64,000 nt of DNA from Paramecium tetraurelia (lineage: Eukaryota), in the NCBI GenBank assembly GCA_000165425.1, contig CT868096.1:124001-188000 (forward strand). Reading direction: 5' to 3'. The position numbers and the translations under genes were made by a program. Positions 27,650 to 42,662 of this stretch are shown here, in pieces. The notes beneath the pieces were generated by a model. It searched no databases. It saw only the letters and a list, made by a program, of their open reading frames with translations, and was not told where the DNA came from. Positions within the stretch are counted from its first letter, which is position 1, and every line of letters starts with the position of its first letter.

Positions 27650-28856
27650 TCATTCTTTTGAAACTAATTTTCCTTTATCCCAAATTCCAATAGCTTCTTT
27701 TCCATCCAATTCTGTAAGTATGCCAATTCCATGTTGTTTTCCTTGTACCCAAGTTCCTTTGAATGTTCTACCATCTGAGAAGTAAAACATGCCTTATCCA
27801 TCTTTCTTATCCTCCTTATACTCTCCAACATATTTATTTCCGTTAGCCCATTTAAATGTGCCTTTACCCTGCATTTAATTCTCAGACCATTCACCATTAT
27901 ATTCCTGACCATCTGGCCATTTGTAGGTTCCAACACCTTGAATCTAATCTTTTACATAAGTTCCTTCATAACTATTACCATTGGCCCATAAATATACACC
28001 TTTACCATTTTTCATACCACAAAGATATTAGCCTTGATATTAATCTCCTGAAATCCAATATTCAATAGCATAACCGTCCTTCTCATCGTCCTTCCATTCC
28101 CCTTCGTAATAATTACCCTCCTTATCAACAAACTTCCCAAATCCGTACTGTAAATCATCCATCCAATAGCCTTCCTGTAAATTTACAAAACCTAAATCTT
28201 ACATAATAGGATCCATCTGGGTGAATCAGTCTGCCCAACCCATTTGCTCCATGATTTAACCAGTATCCTTCGTAGTAAGTACCATCTGGCCAAAATTAAC
28301 GTCCTCGACCTTATTTTTATTTGTTCTTCCATTATCCAACATATATAATGCCAGTATTTAAAAATTTCTAAAATCTTGCTATGAATTTTACTTGAGGAGG
28401 TAAGGATATACAATCGGTAAAATTTTTATCATAGTCAGAATCATAGGGGAAAGGTGATAGAGATTTTAAAATCTTTAGAACTCTATTGTTTGAGATTAGT
28501 GGTTCTGGTACCTAAACAGTTATATCTAAATCTGGAGCATCATCATTTTAGTAACAGTTTTAATCAGTTTCTTTTCGTAAGGTATGAAATTTCAGAGGTT
28601 CAACTTTTGTAAGTTCACTTTTACTTTGAATAGACTTTTCATTCACATCTGTCCTAGGAGTTGTAAACTATATTAGAAATGTTGATACTTCACTTAAGAA
28701 TAGTTGTTTAGATTAGTTTTCTCTGACCTTAATAACATTTGTTTGTTTGAATGGTTGCTCCAATTCTTGAGGATAGTTTTCTTTGTTTTAAGAAGTTTAA
28801 GTTTTTAAGTTTAGGGATCTGGATGGTCGTTGTTTTTTTACGCAAACAGTACCCAT
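27650..28856 (-). CDS. MORN-repeat protein with putative N-myristoylation/palmitoylation (MGTVC)
   Basis: Repeated YEGxW..G.G motifs ([30 protein letters not shown]); one small intron. Confidence 0.9.
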
Positions 28857-28899
28857 ATTAATTTTTAATTTATATTATATTTAAGTATATTAACTAAAT

Positions 28900-29856
28900 C
28901 TCATCGGATATATTAGTTTTCATCCTTGGCATAACTTTACTACATTCTTGATTAATTCATCCTAGATTATTGCATGATGGCTAAAAGTTAAATAAGATTA
29001 ATGTACATTAGGTTTTGCATGATTTGTCTAATCTAGTAATCTCTTGAACTTGCTGACTTTCTAATTCCTTCCTAACATTTTAGTATTTTTATAATAATCT
29101 AATTAAATGATTTATATATAAATTACTTTTCCAATTCTTAGGATCTGATTTTTCTTTGTTCTTCTTATCCGCTTAAAATTCTTTGAGTAAGAGCATTCAA
29201 TTCATTAATCTGTTTTTATCTAAGTTGAGTAATAAGATTCCTTATTTTTTATTGTCTTCCTACTGTCCATTTCTCTAATTCATCTCTTTCTTGGTTTAAG
29301 ATTTTTTGCTAGATTAAATGGGCTTCCATATAACTATAAAAATATTATTGAATGAATATACTTTTCTTATTTGGCCAATTGTTCTTCTGTCTTCCTTAAA
29401 GCTAGTAATTCAGCTGAGTCTTTTGGCTTGACTGGAATAGAATTTTCAAGTTCTTCTGAAAATTATCTTAGCTCATCCTCATGTCTTTGAAGTGTTTATT
29501 CTTTAACCTTTTGAGCTTCCTGATCAAATTCAATCATTTTCTCATCCCAGAATGTATTAAATTGATTAAATTCATCAAGGTGAGCCTTTTCGATTTCTTA
29601 TTTTTCAGAACAATGTCTATCTTTGACATCCACTTTATTTTTCTAGTCTAGTTCTTTTTTAAGTTCAGCCAGTCTCTTTTTAGCTTAATCAGCCTCTAGA
29701 TATTTGCCAGCCTTCTCACAACTCTTTTAATGATCAAATAAGATTTAGCTAACATTCAATTGAATTTAAGTACATGTATTCTTCTAAGTCACCCTATTAA
29801 GGTGGTAATGTATTGGTATTCTTTCTTGATGAAGTTGGTCTTTAAAATGTGCTCAT
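28900..29856 (-). CDS. Conserved protist coiled-coil protein (UVR-like motif)
   Basis: DHQKSCEKAGKYLEADQAKKRLAEL, EKAHLDEFNQFNTFWDEKM, PKDSAELLALRKTEEQLAK; several small introns; 3' end approximate. Confidence 0.7.
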
Positions 29857-29939
29857 TGTAACAGAAAATGAATATTGTTAAATTTTAATTAATGACGTTA
29901 AAAATAAATTGTTGCTTAAAATATTTTATTTTAATTGCA

Positions 29940-31545
29940 TCAAATATTGGCTTTGTCATCTTCCAATTAAACCAGAGTGCTAAATTATAGTTCATTTTCT
30001 TATTTCACTCTTCTAACTATGTTCCTTGATTGCTTGTCCCAATCAGTCGTGAATAATACTATTAGATCTAATATTGCTAGAATGAGATTCGAAATTCCGA
30101 AGCCCTACCAAATACCAAGAACTCCTTAGTCTAATCCCCATGAGTATGTAAAGAAACTAACTAATGGAATGCATATTAAATAGTAGGCAATTATTGTTGA
30201 ATACTAATTGATAAATCTATTTTTTATACAAAAACTAAATTTATTTTATTAATTCCCTTTAAAGCTCCACTTAAGGTTCCCTAAAGTCCATCTACAATTA
30301 ACATTCCTCCTATCAACCAAGGCACTGTATCTGTAAATATCTCCTTAGCTCTGGCAGCCAATTCATTTTCCTCCTAATCCGAAGCATAAAATGTTGCCAA
30401 TTAATTTCTAAAAAACCATATCAAAATCGAGCATATCACACAAGCAACAGCAAAAATAACTAAACCTGCTGCTACGTAAAACTTAGCTCTTTTAATGTTC
30501 CCTTTCCCCATTTCTGAACCTACAAAGGACATCATTGCTATGGATAAACTTATTGGAATTCCTATGAAATTATTTTTTATAAATACTAAAATATATTCCG
30601 CACATATTTTGTAATCCAATATGAGCTATCATCTCAGAAACACCTAAACTCAAAGCAATGAAGGACAATAAAAAGAATACAAAAAATTCTGAATAAATAT
30701 GGAGAACTATGGGAATGGATGTTTTTATATATGATATTCCCAACTTTTTAAATCTTGGAACATCCATTATTATTTTCGTCCCTTAAAATATTTCTCTCTT
30801 AAGATTTGTGAATTGTACGAATACTAATGGATATTACTAAAATTATACAAACTAATCCAACAATATTCAAGACTTCAGTGATAATGATCACAACTCCTGC
30901 TCCAGATACACCCCATTAAAATTCTACAATAAATAACCAGCACAAAAACCAATGAACTGCTAAAGTGCAAAAATGAATAATTGTAAATGGATATGTGACC
31001 TTATGTGCAACCATAAAGCACTTTGCACTTTCAAATTCTAAAGCAAGAATTATTGCGGGTATCAAATAATACAAGAATTCTTAAGAGTAATCAGATGTCG
31101 CTTCTCTTTAATCCTCTCTTATCGTTAGACTCAAGGGGTATTTTAAAATCAACAATAATCCTCCTAAGGGCACAAGTATAAAAAGCATCACATATAAATT
31201 TATGTTAAAAAATCGTTTAGCAAGTTAAACCTTTTAATCTCCTAATGCTTAAGATGTGTGCATGTTTAATGATTGATTTAATCCAAAGCCAAAGGGAGTT
31301 AATAAAATGAACACACAAGTCAATGCAAACCCATAACCAGCATTTGCTGTTGGGCTTATTCTATATTATATAATCATTGATTACTCTTAACCAATATAAT
31401 GTAAACTGATAGAAACGCAAACATCTAAGCATATGTAACCAAAAACAGTCTGAAATGTGCAAGCCAATAAATTAATTAATAATTTAGATATTGAATCCTC
31501 TGTTTTTTCTTCGAGTTGTCTTTTATTCAAGTCACCTTCAGACAT
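29940..31545 (-). CDS. MATE family efflux transporter
   Basis: Multiple TM segments; GFGLNQSL, FVGSEMGKGNIKRAK, VDGLQGTLSGALKG, YYLICIPL, GVLGIWQGFG; small introns. Confidence 0.9.
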
Positions 31546-31897
31546 TTTCAATATTAATTTTATTAAATATCGAAAATTTTTAAGTTTATCAAATCTTTTT
31601 CTTGCTACTTTCTTGACAATAATAAATTAATTAATCTTAATTTCATTTTTCTATAAATGTATATATTTATAATTTTTAAACAGAATCTCAAAAAATAGTA
31701 ATCACAAATTAAGGAATATAGTCTCAAATTTTGCAATTATCCAAATTGTATGACAAGTCTAAATTGAAGATTTATTTTAAGTTAGTCTTGCTATGTAATC
31801 TTAAAACTTTTCCTCATTGTCCGATTCTAGATCCTTATAACAATTTTATTACTAATTTAATCCATAAAAATTTAAAAATAAATATATAAAATTAAAT

Positions 31898-34800
31898 ATG
31901 TATATGGCTTCTAAATAGAAATTAATAAAATTATCAGCAATGTTAGAATAATGGATAAAAACTACATATTTGTTAAATTAGCAGCTAAAATGCCCTAATG
32001 TGGTGTAATATTTAGTTTTCAGTTTAGCATTATTTTAGCCTTATTATTTTAGAAAATAAAAGGAAGTTGAGGAAAATATTATCTACAAACTTCTTTAAAT
32101 ATTTATAAGGCCGGATATCATAATTATCCATAATGGATACTTTCATGGTGAATTTTACATCATTTTATTGATCATATGGATTATTCAAAAATTATTATTC
32201 ATTCTGATTTGTTTGCTTAACTCTTATTATGAGACATACTTTAAAAAATTATTATAATAGGATCTATTCTTATATGGACTTTAAATAATTGCCTATTATT
32301 AATGTTTTTTAGGAATCTATTTGATTTTACCAATATCTAGGATATTTTTATTTGCTTTTTACTAATCAGTCTAGGAAATACAAGAAGGTATTCCTTCATC
32401 AACGTTAAAATCTTTTCTTTGCTTACTTGGGTAATTGATGTACACAATTGACATAATATATTTTATGAAAATCGATCATCATCCAACTACTTATAAGACA
32501 ATTAAATGCAAATAGTTTTAAATTTCGAATTTTGATTATTATATACTTAAATTTAGATTGCTCTAAGTCATCATTGCAGATTAAAACGAAGCCCTATATT
32601 TACAATAAATTGAATAAATTACTATAATACTAATAGCTGTGCTATAAATAATTAATTAAATCAGAAATTGTGGCTTTATCTACGAAGCCCAAAAAAAGAT
32701 ATTCTTAAGTTGTTAAGCTTTCTTAATAATGAGTGGAATGTACAATATAATGAATTAGAGTGGTGTAGATCAACAGGATATTTAGTTATTGTTTTTTATA
32801 ACAATTCCATCAATAATATATATTTTATATAAGTTTTAAGAGTAACAGGATAATAAATATTTTACAGCTATATTTCTACATAAAAGTAAAGATTTTAAAT
32901 AGATGGTTGATTTAAATATCAATTAAATTCTTTATTAATTGGTGAGAATATTAAATAATTGTGATTGTGGCCCAAATTATAAGAATTTTAAGCAATCTTT
33001 AATTTACTTTCACCATAAAAAAAAATGTAAAACAGCATCTTGTGTCTGTGAACTCGACTATTTCATAACTGAAAGTACGTAAATCAATGCTACGACAAGC
33101 TTAATGATAAATAATTTTATGAAATCTCAATATAAGCAGCTCATTAAGAAATTGTTTTTAGTTAAAATGAAAAACTAAGTGAAGTAGGATTTATTAATAT
33201 CTACAGCAATACTTCTCCATGATTTCAATTAGATGATGGTTTCATTACAAATTCTTAGTTAATTAAAAAAGTCAAAAGAGAATAAAATATTTAATGTTTC
33301 ATTCCTATATCACTTCATGAAGTATATTATTGGGTTAATTTAGTTAGAAAGATTATAAGGAGAATGAATAAACCAAAATCAGAATAATGCTTTCAACTAT
33401 TGAATAGATCTAGATAAACCTAGTTTTATAATAATCAAGGATTAAATTTGAGGCTAATTTAGGAACATCCCTTAGGGCAGCAAGCCAAACTTTGATAAGA
33501 TAATATTTAAATGAATTCCTAATAAGTTAAACTAATTAGCAAGAACTTATTCTTGGTATGAAAGAATGCGTAAGGTTAAAGATTTAGTTTTATGAAATAT
33601 TGGATTCAGACTCTGGATTTACATTTAACTAACTTTATAAAAAGGTTAAAGAAACTTCAAAATATTTGTTGAAAATAGAAAAATAATTTAATTCTCTATT
33701 TACTTTAAGTCCAGACTTATAATTACAATAGGCCTACTGTTTTTTTGAGGCATAAATTATGAACAATTTGCTTGCAGCTTTTAATATCAAACAATCAGAA
33801 GTAAACTTAAAGGAAAGTTAAATAAAATACAGAGGTATTAAGGGTTTAAACTTGACTGCTGATGTCAACTCATATATTCTTTTATCGGTAGATGAAAATT
33901 TTAGAACTTTTAGCATCATCTAATCTTCTCATAATTTTTTTAGATTATTTGGAATGTATTTTGATTTGACAACTTATGGTTTTAATGACATTATTCCTTA
34001 ATTTTATATTAAATAACATGAGAATTCTGTTTAGAATTTTTTTCATTCTGGATAGAATAAGTTTTATAGAAATTTTAATTACACATTCATAAAAACCCAT
34101 AATGGATTGTTAAAATAAGTGAGTTTATGCATAGATAACACATAGATTTTTAAACTCGATAAATTTATATTTGTGTGTCTTCTTCAAAGCGTAAATACTG
34201 AACTTCCAATTTTAGTAGTGGATGCTTAAACATAAATAGTTTATTTTACACCCAAAACTCTATAAGCATTTGGAATAAATGAGAAATAACAAAAATAATT
34301 TATTGAGGATGGTGTATTGCACTAGATTGGAATATAAACCATTATTCCTTATTATAATATGATGATTAAAGCAGAAGTTAATACCGATATAATAACAACG
34401 TTTTGTTTCTTTCTTAAACCTTAGTATAATTAAGAATCAATATTGACATAATCAAGTATTAGAAAAGATTCAAATTTCTTTATTTGGAAAAATAAAGAAA
34501 ATATCAATTGTTTTAGTATTGAAATCAAAGTAGAAAAAGTGAATCTTCAACTTGCTTGTTACTATTAACTAGAATTTATCTCATTGAAATAAATTTTAAG
34601 CCATGATGAGCGAAAGAAAGTGCTTGAACTTTACAAGCCTTGTTTAGGAGAGAGTACAACTAGCAAGGGATCAAAATGGAAAGGAAAGCATCTGAAGATT
34701 CTGAGCGTATTGTCATTTCGATAAGAAAGAAAAAAAAACACTCTCAAGTTATAAGACTCAAATTTAAAATAAAGCATCATGGTTAATTAGAATTAAGGAT

Positions 34801-36924
34801 AATCAAAAAATTTGAACTAATCTTCATTTATACAATAAAATCAAAGTCAATCAAATTTATTAAGTAGTAAAGCTCGAAATGAATAAGAGTTTTATAAATC
34901 ATTTAATAAATCATTTGTTGAGAGTGATATATAAAATAGTTAATTAGATAGGGAAGAGCATTCACCTGAAAAGAAAAAGAATAAAGATGGAAAAGCATCT
35001 AAAGCAAATAATCAATAATTAGAAAGGATAGGACAATAATCATCTAGTGTTGCAGGGTTTTATAAACCTTTTTTTTATAATAGATATTATTTAATTGAAA
35101 AAATGAGTGGGAAAAAAAATCCTAAGAAAATAGATTCTTTTCTATTTTTTTTTATTGGATAGAGCTTAATTTTTTTTATTTTTTCATTTTTAGTTATGAT
35201 TAATATGACATCTGATATGACACTTATAATAGATAATATTGAAATGGGATCATTGCACGCTAGTATTATGGGACCTCATGATTTATTTTTTTCAATGAGG
35301 ATTACTGTATCTTCTTATTAATAGATGTAGAGAGAAGGCTTTTTAACTCAAAATTAAATGGTTTAATTAACTGAACCTTTTTATACGAATATACGATCGG
35401 GATATTTGGAATTGAAAGATAGCTTCTATAAATAATTAAGAAATGTGTATTTACAAGAATTTTTTTCTGATATTGTTTTAAATCTAAGATTTATGAATGA
35501 AAATGAAAAAGAATTACAAAATATGTCAACCAGCTTTAGAGAATCACTTTTAACCATTTTATAATATTAATATGCTCATATGAGGATTATTGAATAGAGA
35601 TAAAGTACATCTGGTAAACCCTGTTAAATATTTTTGATGGCAAATTATTTTCTATTTCATGAAAAAGTAGAACTTATAACTCAAGAAATCTAAGGGTGGC
35701 TTATTGATACGAAAGATACGATTGATAATAAAGGGAAAATATTTTGGATTATACTTCAATTATTATTGATAGTTTTTGGTTTCATTGGACTATTTAACTT
35801 TAATTTGTACATTAAGTATTACGATCAATTTTTATTAATTTTTAATGAATTTAATAAATAATTAATTTATGACTAATTAAATAGATACGATTTAATACAC
35901 TAATAATTGTAATCAAATTCAGATGACATAATGAGATATAACTTTGAATTAGAATTATATGAGCACGAAAAAACCTAATCTTAATATGGTAGAGGTAAAG
36001 TTCATCATTTTAAGTTACTGAACAGAAATAGATAACATTTGTCAAGATTTCATGTTTATTCCATAATAGTATTTATCACTGTAGTTTATTTGGTCTACAC
36101 AAGTGTAATTTACTACAAATAGGAAACATTTTTATCAAAATATAATGACACTATCACATTGTATAAAATAATTCAAGATCTTAAATTAAAGAGTGGAAGT
36201 ATTTATTTATTTAAAGAAATCAGTCTTAGATGGGATAACTTCACTTTTTTAACATAAGGTGAAAGAGATATTTTATATTAGTACATTGACTAGTCACATA
36301 AAATAATAGCTTAATATATTATTTTATCCTCAACCTTTGATTCATCTTAATATTTGGTGGGGAGCAAATTTGAAGATAAATTTATGAATATTTAGAAAAA
36401 TAATATTTGCCTTGAGATTTTAGATGTAAGATTATATTTTATTTTCAGTAATTGGAAGAATATATGCTATTATATTGTGATAAGTCCTTCGAAGGCACAT
36501 TATCAAAAGGGTTAATAGAGGCTTTAAATTACATTACAAACTCAATAAAAACTTAATAGTAGATTAATAACTTCACCAAGAGAGTAGAAATTTAACTATA
36601 TGAGTAAGAAGGATCTTAGATTGTCACTCGATCATTTTTTGGATTATCAAATTTATTTTTGCAAAGTGTGAAAGACACTTGCAATGAATTAAATAATTTT
36701 TTAATTGTAAGATTATTAATTATAATTAGTATTTCTCTCTAATTTATATGCTTGTATCTGCTTTTCTAATTATTTTCATAAAGTAACTATATAGATAATA
36801 TTTAATAAATGAATACCACTAAATCAGATAGTCCTTATTTTTGATACCGAAAGAGTCAATTCTATATGACGAATCTTTGGAAAGATATCTCAGAGAAATA
36901 GCACTTCATTAAGGTTTAATTTGA
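31898..36924 (+). CDS. Large multi-pass membrane PAS-domain protein (TmcB/TmcC-like ciliate family), copy 1
   Basis: N-terminal TM bundle, HHKKKCKTASCVC motif, PAS-like FNDIIPQFYIKQHENSVQNFFHSG, SSVAG linker, C-terminal TM/extracellular modules; few introns (e.g. 22 nt at ~33322). Confidence 0.8.
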
Positions 36925-36949
36925 TTTATAGACATAAATATATTAAATA

Positions 36950-39900
36950 ATGAATCAATATTCAAACATTAAAAATTATATGTTGTAAAATAAACTGAAT
37001 TAAAACTCGTCTTTATATGACTTATGGGTGATGACAGCAATATTTGTGAGAGGATAATTTGCTTGTTCATATGCCATTGAGATTTGTTTACTTGTAATCA
37101 GCTCTCTCCAAACTTTGATAATGGCTATTCATCCGACATTTACGTAAATAAAGGATGTTCAAGTAAACTCATCTCTAGATCTGATATATACATTTTTAAT
37201 TAGAACAGACATTTATATTCTCATCAATTAACAACTCCAAGAAGAACTAATATATTTATTTATTTTAGTCGTAGTACTCATTAGTAAAATAGGCTTTGTC
37301 TTTTTGATGTATATGATAAAACATCATTTTCACTCTGACAAATTTGTGTAATAAATTTAGCATCATATGCCCTTATAAATTTTTGTTAGGATGTAAAGTT
37401 TCTATTAACAACTACTTTGTCCTATTTTTATTACTCCATTTAATACAATCATTTTATTGTCAATCAAAAGAAGTGTAACTTTAATAAAATCAGACTAGCC
37501 AATCCAATATGTAAATTTAACATTCGGAATAATAACATTCATATTATTACAAATAGATTAAATTTTGATTTGTTCCATTAATAGATAACCAATAACATTT
37601 AAAATGAGACCAATGGAAAGGTTAAAATTTACCAAATCCAATTTAATTATATATGTTTTTTCAACTATTTCAATTATTTTGTTTACATTAATTGATAATA
37701 CCAAAACCATTAGAATTATTCAGTATATTTTAGTGTTTGTTATTTAAATTATAGCAATCAGAAATTAGTTTACAAGTTCAATTTACATTTATAGATATTA
37801 AGAAATCATACTTTATTCTGGTTATCTCTTCTAATTGCTTTTTTGTGTCCTTAGCTTTGTGGATAGTTTTAGCCCATCAACCAATTACATATTCTTATTA
37901 TTAGTGATTACTCCCTTAATGTTAGTTTACATACTATCAAATATCAATTATAGGAAGACTTAAGAATTTCTATTATTTTTTTAATCTACTAATACACCCA
38001 ACATTAAAATAGTAATGAATGTTTTAATTAATATGTTAAATAAATGTGATATCAATGAAAATTATATTGTAATTAGATCATCTTTAATAAATTATTTTCA
38101 TTCTAAGCAATGCCAACAAAAATAATGTTCTTGTACTACTACTTTTTATATTGCAGAACCAAGGTAGGCAAATGCAATAACAGGGTAAATATTTAGAAGT
38201 TTTATATTTGAAAAAATATCATTAATTAAAAAAGTTATTAACTCTAAAAACTCAGAATTTTACTTAAATTAAGAATTACTTATTCAATATGCTATATTTC
38301 TAAATGATTTTGGATGGACTATGTTGGCTGCTAAAGCTTTTAATTAAATATTAATAAATGATACTGTTTATCCCTCAGCTAATAAGAATCTTAATAATGA
38401 ATTTGATAAAACAACAATTTAAAAATTCACTAAAGAACTTACAATCAAATCCACTACTTAGTAGTATAAGAAGTTTAAATCATTAGATTCTGAGAAGGAC
38501 AAATAAAATGCAAATGACATGAAATTGGGCTTTAAAATTTGTTTAGGAATAATAGATAGAGCCAGGACAATCCAACTATTTAATTAAACAAAGTGGAATA
38601 TGAAAGCCTCTTTTGGTTCTTCTTTATAGGCTGCTCAATAGACCTTTATTTCTGACTCAATTAATTAATATTTACATTATGAGTTTATAGTATCCAAAAT
38701 TAAAGAAATGATAATAAACCTCATAAATTCAAAAGTATCCTTTTTTTCTGAACTCATTAAAGAACAATAATAATTTGATTTAAACAAAACTCTTAAAAAA
38801 ACAAATAAACTTTGTAATGATCTACATTCTACAGAAAGTTATATCAAAAATTAATTTGAAAAATATCCAAGTATCAGATTATAAAAGGCGCTCACGTTTT
38901 TTTTGGCTGAATTATACAGCAATTACATTGAAGCTAATAAGGTCTACAATCAATCAATTAATGTAGACCTAAAATTTATATAAAATAATCATTCTGCATT
39001 AAATTTGACTTAATAATAGAGTGCCTATGTAATATTATCATTAAATGAAGATTTAAAACATTTGGAAGTCTAAACGATTTCAAATCATATGCTTAATTTA
39101 ATTGGAAAGCCTAATTAATAAAATACTTGTTTTCGAGAAATACTACCATTGTTCTTTTATTAATACCATCCCTTAATGGTTAACACTTTTTTATCAACAG
39201 GGAAATCTCGATATTATAGAAACTTTAGTCCTAATTTTGTAAATGTACATGATTGTTTAGTTAAAGGGATCTAATTATGTTATGATACAACTGCAATTTT
39301 TCATCATTCCTAATTGGTTTTTGTAGCATTCATTTAAGAATTAGTTTATGAAAAATGTTACATCATAGTGGATGGATTTGATAAAAGTTTTGTTAGTTTT
39401 TCTTTTAATTTTCTATAGAAAATTGGATATGATGATAATTTGATCGTGAAAATGGTGAAGCATAAATATTTGAATGAAATATCAATTTATAACATCTTTC
39501 CATAATTTGATGAAGCTTTGTTGAGATAACAACAAGATAATAGACTTTTAGTTGAAAAACTATTCTTTTTTGATTATCTGAAGATCCGAAAATCAACAGT
39601 TGTAGAGAATAGAGAGAAAAGAATGTCCAATTTACATCCGAATATCTGGAAACAAAAAGAGAAGGTATTATCTTTCATAGCTAAACTTAACATTATTGAA
39701 AGAACCCATTAAGATTTTTCTTATTATATAATAGAAATTTAAGATATATAATAATTAAGTGGGTAAAATAATAACTTAATAGACGAAATAAATGAATAAG
39801 AATCATTGATTTCTGAAACTTCCAATATAAGTTATAGTTAAAGTTGTATCCTCAGTTAAGTTGATGAGGATCATGCAAATTAAATCTATGTACAAGATCT

Positions 39901-42095
39901 GAATAATTAAGTATCCATTTTCTCACCATTAACAACCTTTTTTAATAATAACGGCGATTAAAGTACTCGCCAGATATAAACACAGATTAAGGACACAAAT
40001 CAAAATTAACCCGCTGAAAATTTAATTAATGAAAGTGAAACCAAAAAGTCCCTTTATAAAGTCAGAAAATAATCATAGCAGGCATTTTATAATTGCAAAT
40101 TATCTCATATTTATTCTTTCAAGGATAAATCATCTTAGTCATCTCAAGAAAAAATTGATAATAAATAATCTTAATAAAAATAATAAGATTAACAATAATA
40201 ATATGCTTAATCGTAATCGTCTGTAGCTAGCATAAACTAATCAGTGAATTATAAAAAATATGAGTTGGTTGGAAAGATTACCTCTTAAAAACCTCCCTAA
40301 AAAGTCAATTAATTTATAGGGTTTTTATTAATCTAAAATTTTGTTTAAATGATTTATTTCATCATAATTTTATCTTTAATGCCCTCTGATTTAGATAACA
40401 GCATTACTGAAATAAACATGATTGGCCTTCATTCAGATGTGATGGCGCCACACGATCTTTATTTTTCAATGAGAGTTACTTTGTCATCCTATTAGTAAGC
40501 ATAAAGGGAAGGATTTATAAATCTGACATAATTTACTCAATTGACCGACCCTTATTATGACAACATTTATCTCGGATATCAAGAATTGAAAAATAGTCTA
40601 TATAAATAATTAACTAACCCATACTTATAATTGTTCTATAATGATTATAATATGAATATTAGGTTCATGAAAGATAATGACTCCTCAGTGGTGTCTGAAC
40701 AAATGACATTTAGAGAAGTCTTACTAGTTATATTACAATATCAATTTGCATATGCTAAGAAGTATGGGAGGAGAGAAAGTCCAAGTGGATCTACTTATCA
40801 AGTATTTCTTTATGCTAATTATTTTGACTTGCATGATTTGTTGACCTAAATTACTGAGGAAATATTTGTTTATTCTAAAGAAAGATCAGTAAGTGTAAAC
40901 TAAAAGTGGACAATCTTTTGGCTTATTTCTATTCTAGTTATATCCTGTACAAGTTTTATATCATTTTTTTACTACAATCAATATTTGGTCTAATATGATA
41001 AATTTTTATATCTTCTGGATTATTTTTCTTTAGATCGTATGGAAAATGAAATTTAAAAATTGAAATCAATATTATCTCAGATTCTTCATGATGAAAAATA
41101 TATATTTGATTACTAATTTAATTTCGAAAATTGTTAAATTAAAATAAAAAATTCAGTAACCAATAATTAGATGAATAAAAAAAGTAAAAAGTTAAAAAAA
41201 ATCTTTAAAGTAAGTAGAATAAGACCAGCATTAATTTTATTTTTAATATGCGTGATCTTTGTGTCTTATTCAACATTAGTTGATCAATCAAATTAAAACT
41301 TTTTTGAAAAGTATCAATCAACAATAGATTTCTTTAAAATGATTTCTGATTTAAAACTTCGATCAGGAAGTATTGTTATGTAGAAAGAACTCTTTTATCG
41401 TTGGGTAAATTTTACTTATCTGACAGAGTATGATAAATAAAGATTGTACATTCTAGTAAATTAGGCACTTTAAACCATGAATTAATATGTATTATATGCT
41501 AATTCCTTTAATTTCGATAAATTAATAGTTTCTGACACCTTTATTTAGTATTATAACAATGTCGAAACTGAAAATTTATGCGATATTTTAACAGATGTAA
41601 AAATACTTAATTATTTTAGGATTTCAAAAATTTTATGTACAAATAATGCAATCTAGCTTTTGAAGGAACCTTAAAGTAAGGCACTATTTAGAGCTTAAAC
41701 TATATCACCAACTTAGTAAAAGCAGAATAGGGTGTCAATAATTTCACTAGTAGGCTATCATATAATCTCTACGAACAAGAAGGTTCCTAAGTTATAACTA
41801 GAATATTCATATAACTGAATGATTAATTGTCTTATGGAATTGAAGAAATAACAAAAGCTTAGCTTTCATTTAGTAAGGTAGATATTCAATATTGACTTAG
41901 TCTCTTTCAATAGTGTATTTTGTGATAGCATTTTTTGGATGTATATTAATTGCAAAGCTATTAAGATAATATTTGATTTATCAATATTATTTAATCAAAA
42001 GAATAGTCAACATAACCCCTTTACAAATTTTGATTGAAGATGAGTCCTACGAAAGATAGCTTAGATTATTGCTACAATAACAAGAAACAGGTTGA
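36950..42095 (+). CDS. Large multi-pass membrane PAS-domain protein, tandem paralog (copy 2)
   Basis: Same architecture: HSKQCQQKQCSC, FREILPLFFYQYHPLMVQHFLSTG, SSVAS; GLHSDVMAPHDLYFSMRVTLSSYQQAQREGF aligns with SLHASIMGPHDLFFSMRITVSSYQQMQREGF in copy 1. Confidence 0.8.
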
Positions 42096-42662
42096 CTCTT
42101 AATTAATTGATAATACTAATATATGTTTATTAAGATTGTTTTCAAGTAATACTTAAGTCTTTCAATTTTTTATACCTTTGTTGATTGAAAAATCAAAAAA
42201 GAGTTTATTTTAATAATTTGTCTGATGATTAAATAATTTGAAAATAATGGCATAGTCACTATAATTTGATAAGTCAAAATATAAATTCTTTATTTTTTGC
42301 TTTGGAATAGGATAAAATTGAATATAGCATTCATATTGTTAAATCTAGAGAAATTATAAAATAGAGACAATCAAATTAATAAAAAGAAATATATTTTGGA
42401 AATATGTGTTTAAAAATCTTATTAATAAAAATTAATCCAATATATAAATTGATTATTAGATTTCAAATCAACATTAATTTTAAATGAAAAAAAAAATTAG
42501 TCTAGACAAACTACTTTAGCCTTAATCTGGGTCAATGGTGTTCATAAATTTTAACATTAAAATTAGTACTTTTGATTTAAAAATGATAAAGTTTATTCAG
42601 AATAAATATAATTAATTTTCTTGTGAAAATTATTTTTTTTTTTATCTTATAATATTAATCAA

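Noticed and set aside
33300..33500. Apparent frameshift or premature TGA in PAS-TM copy 1
   Set aside because: Resolved by a 22-nt intron (gtatattattgggttaatttag) that restores alignment with the paralog.
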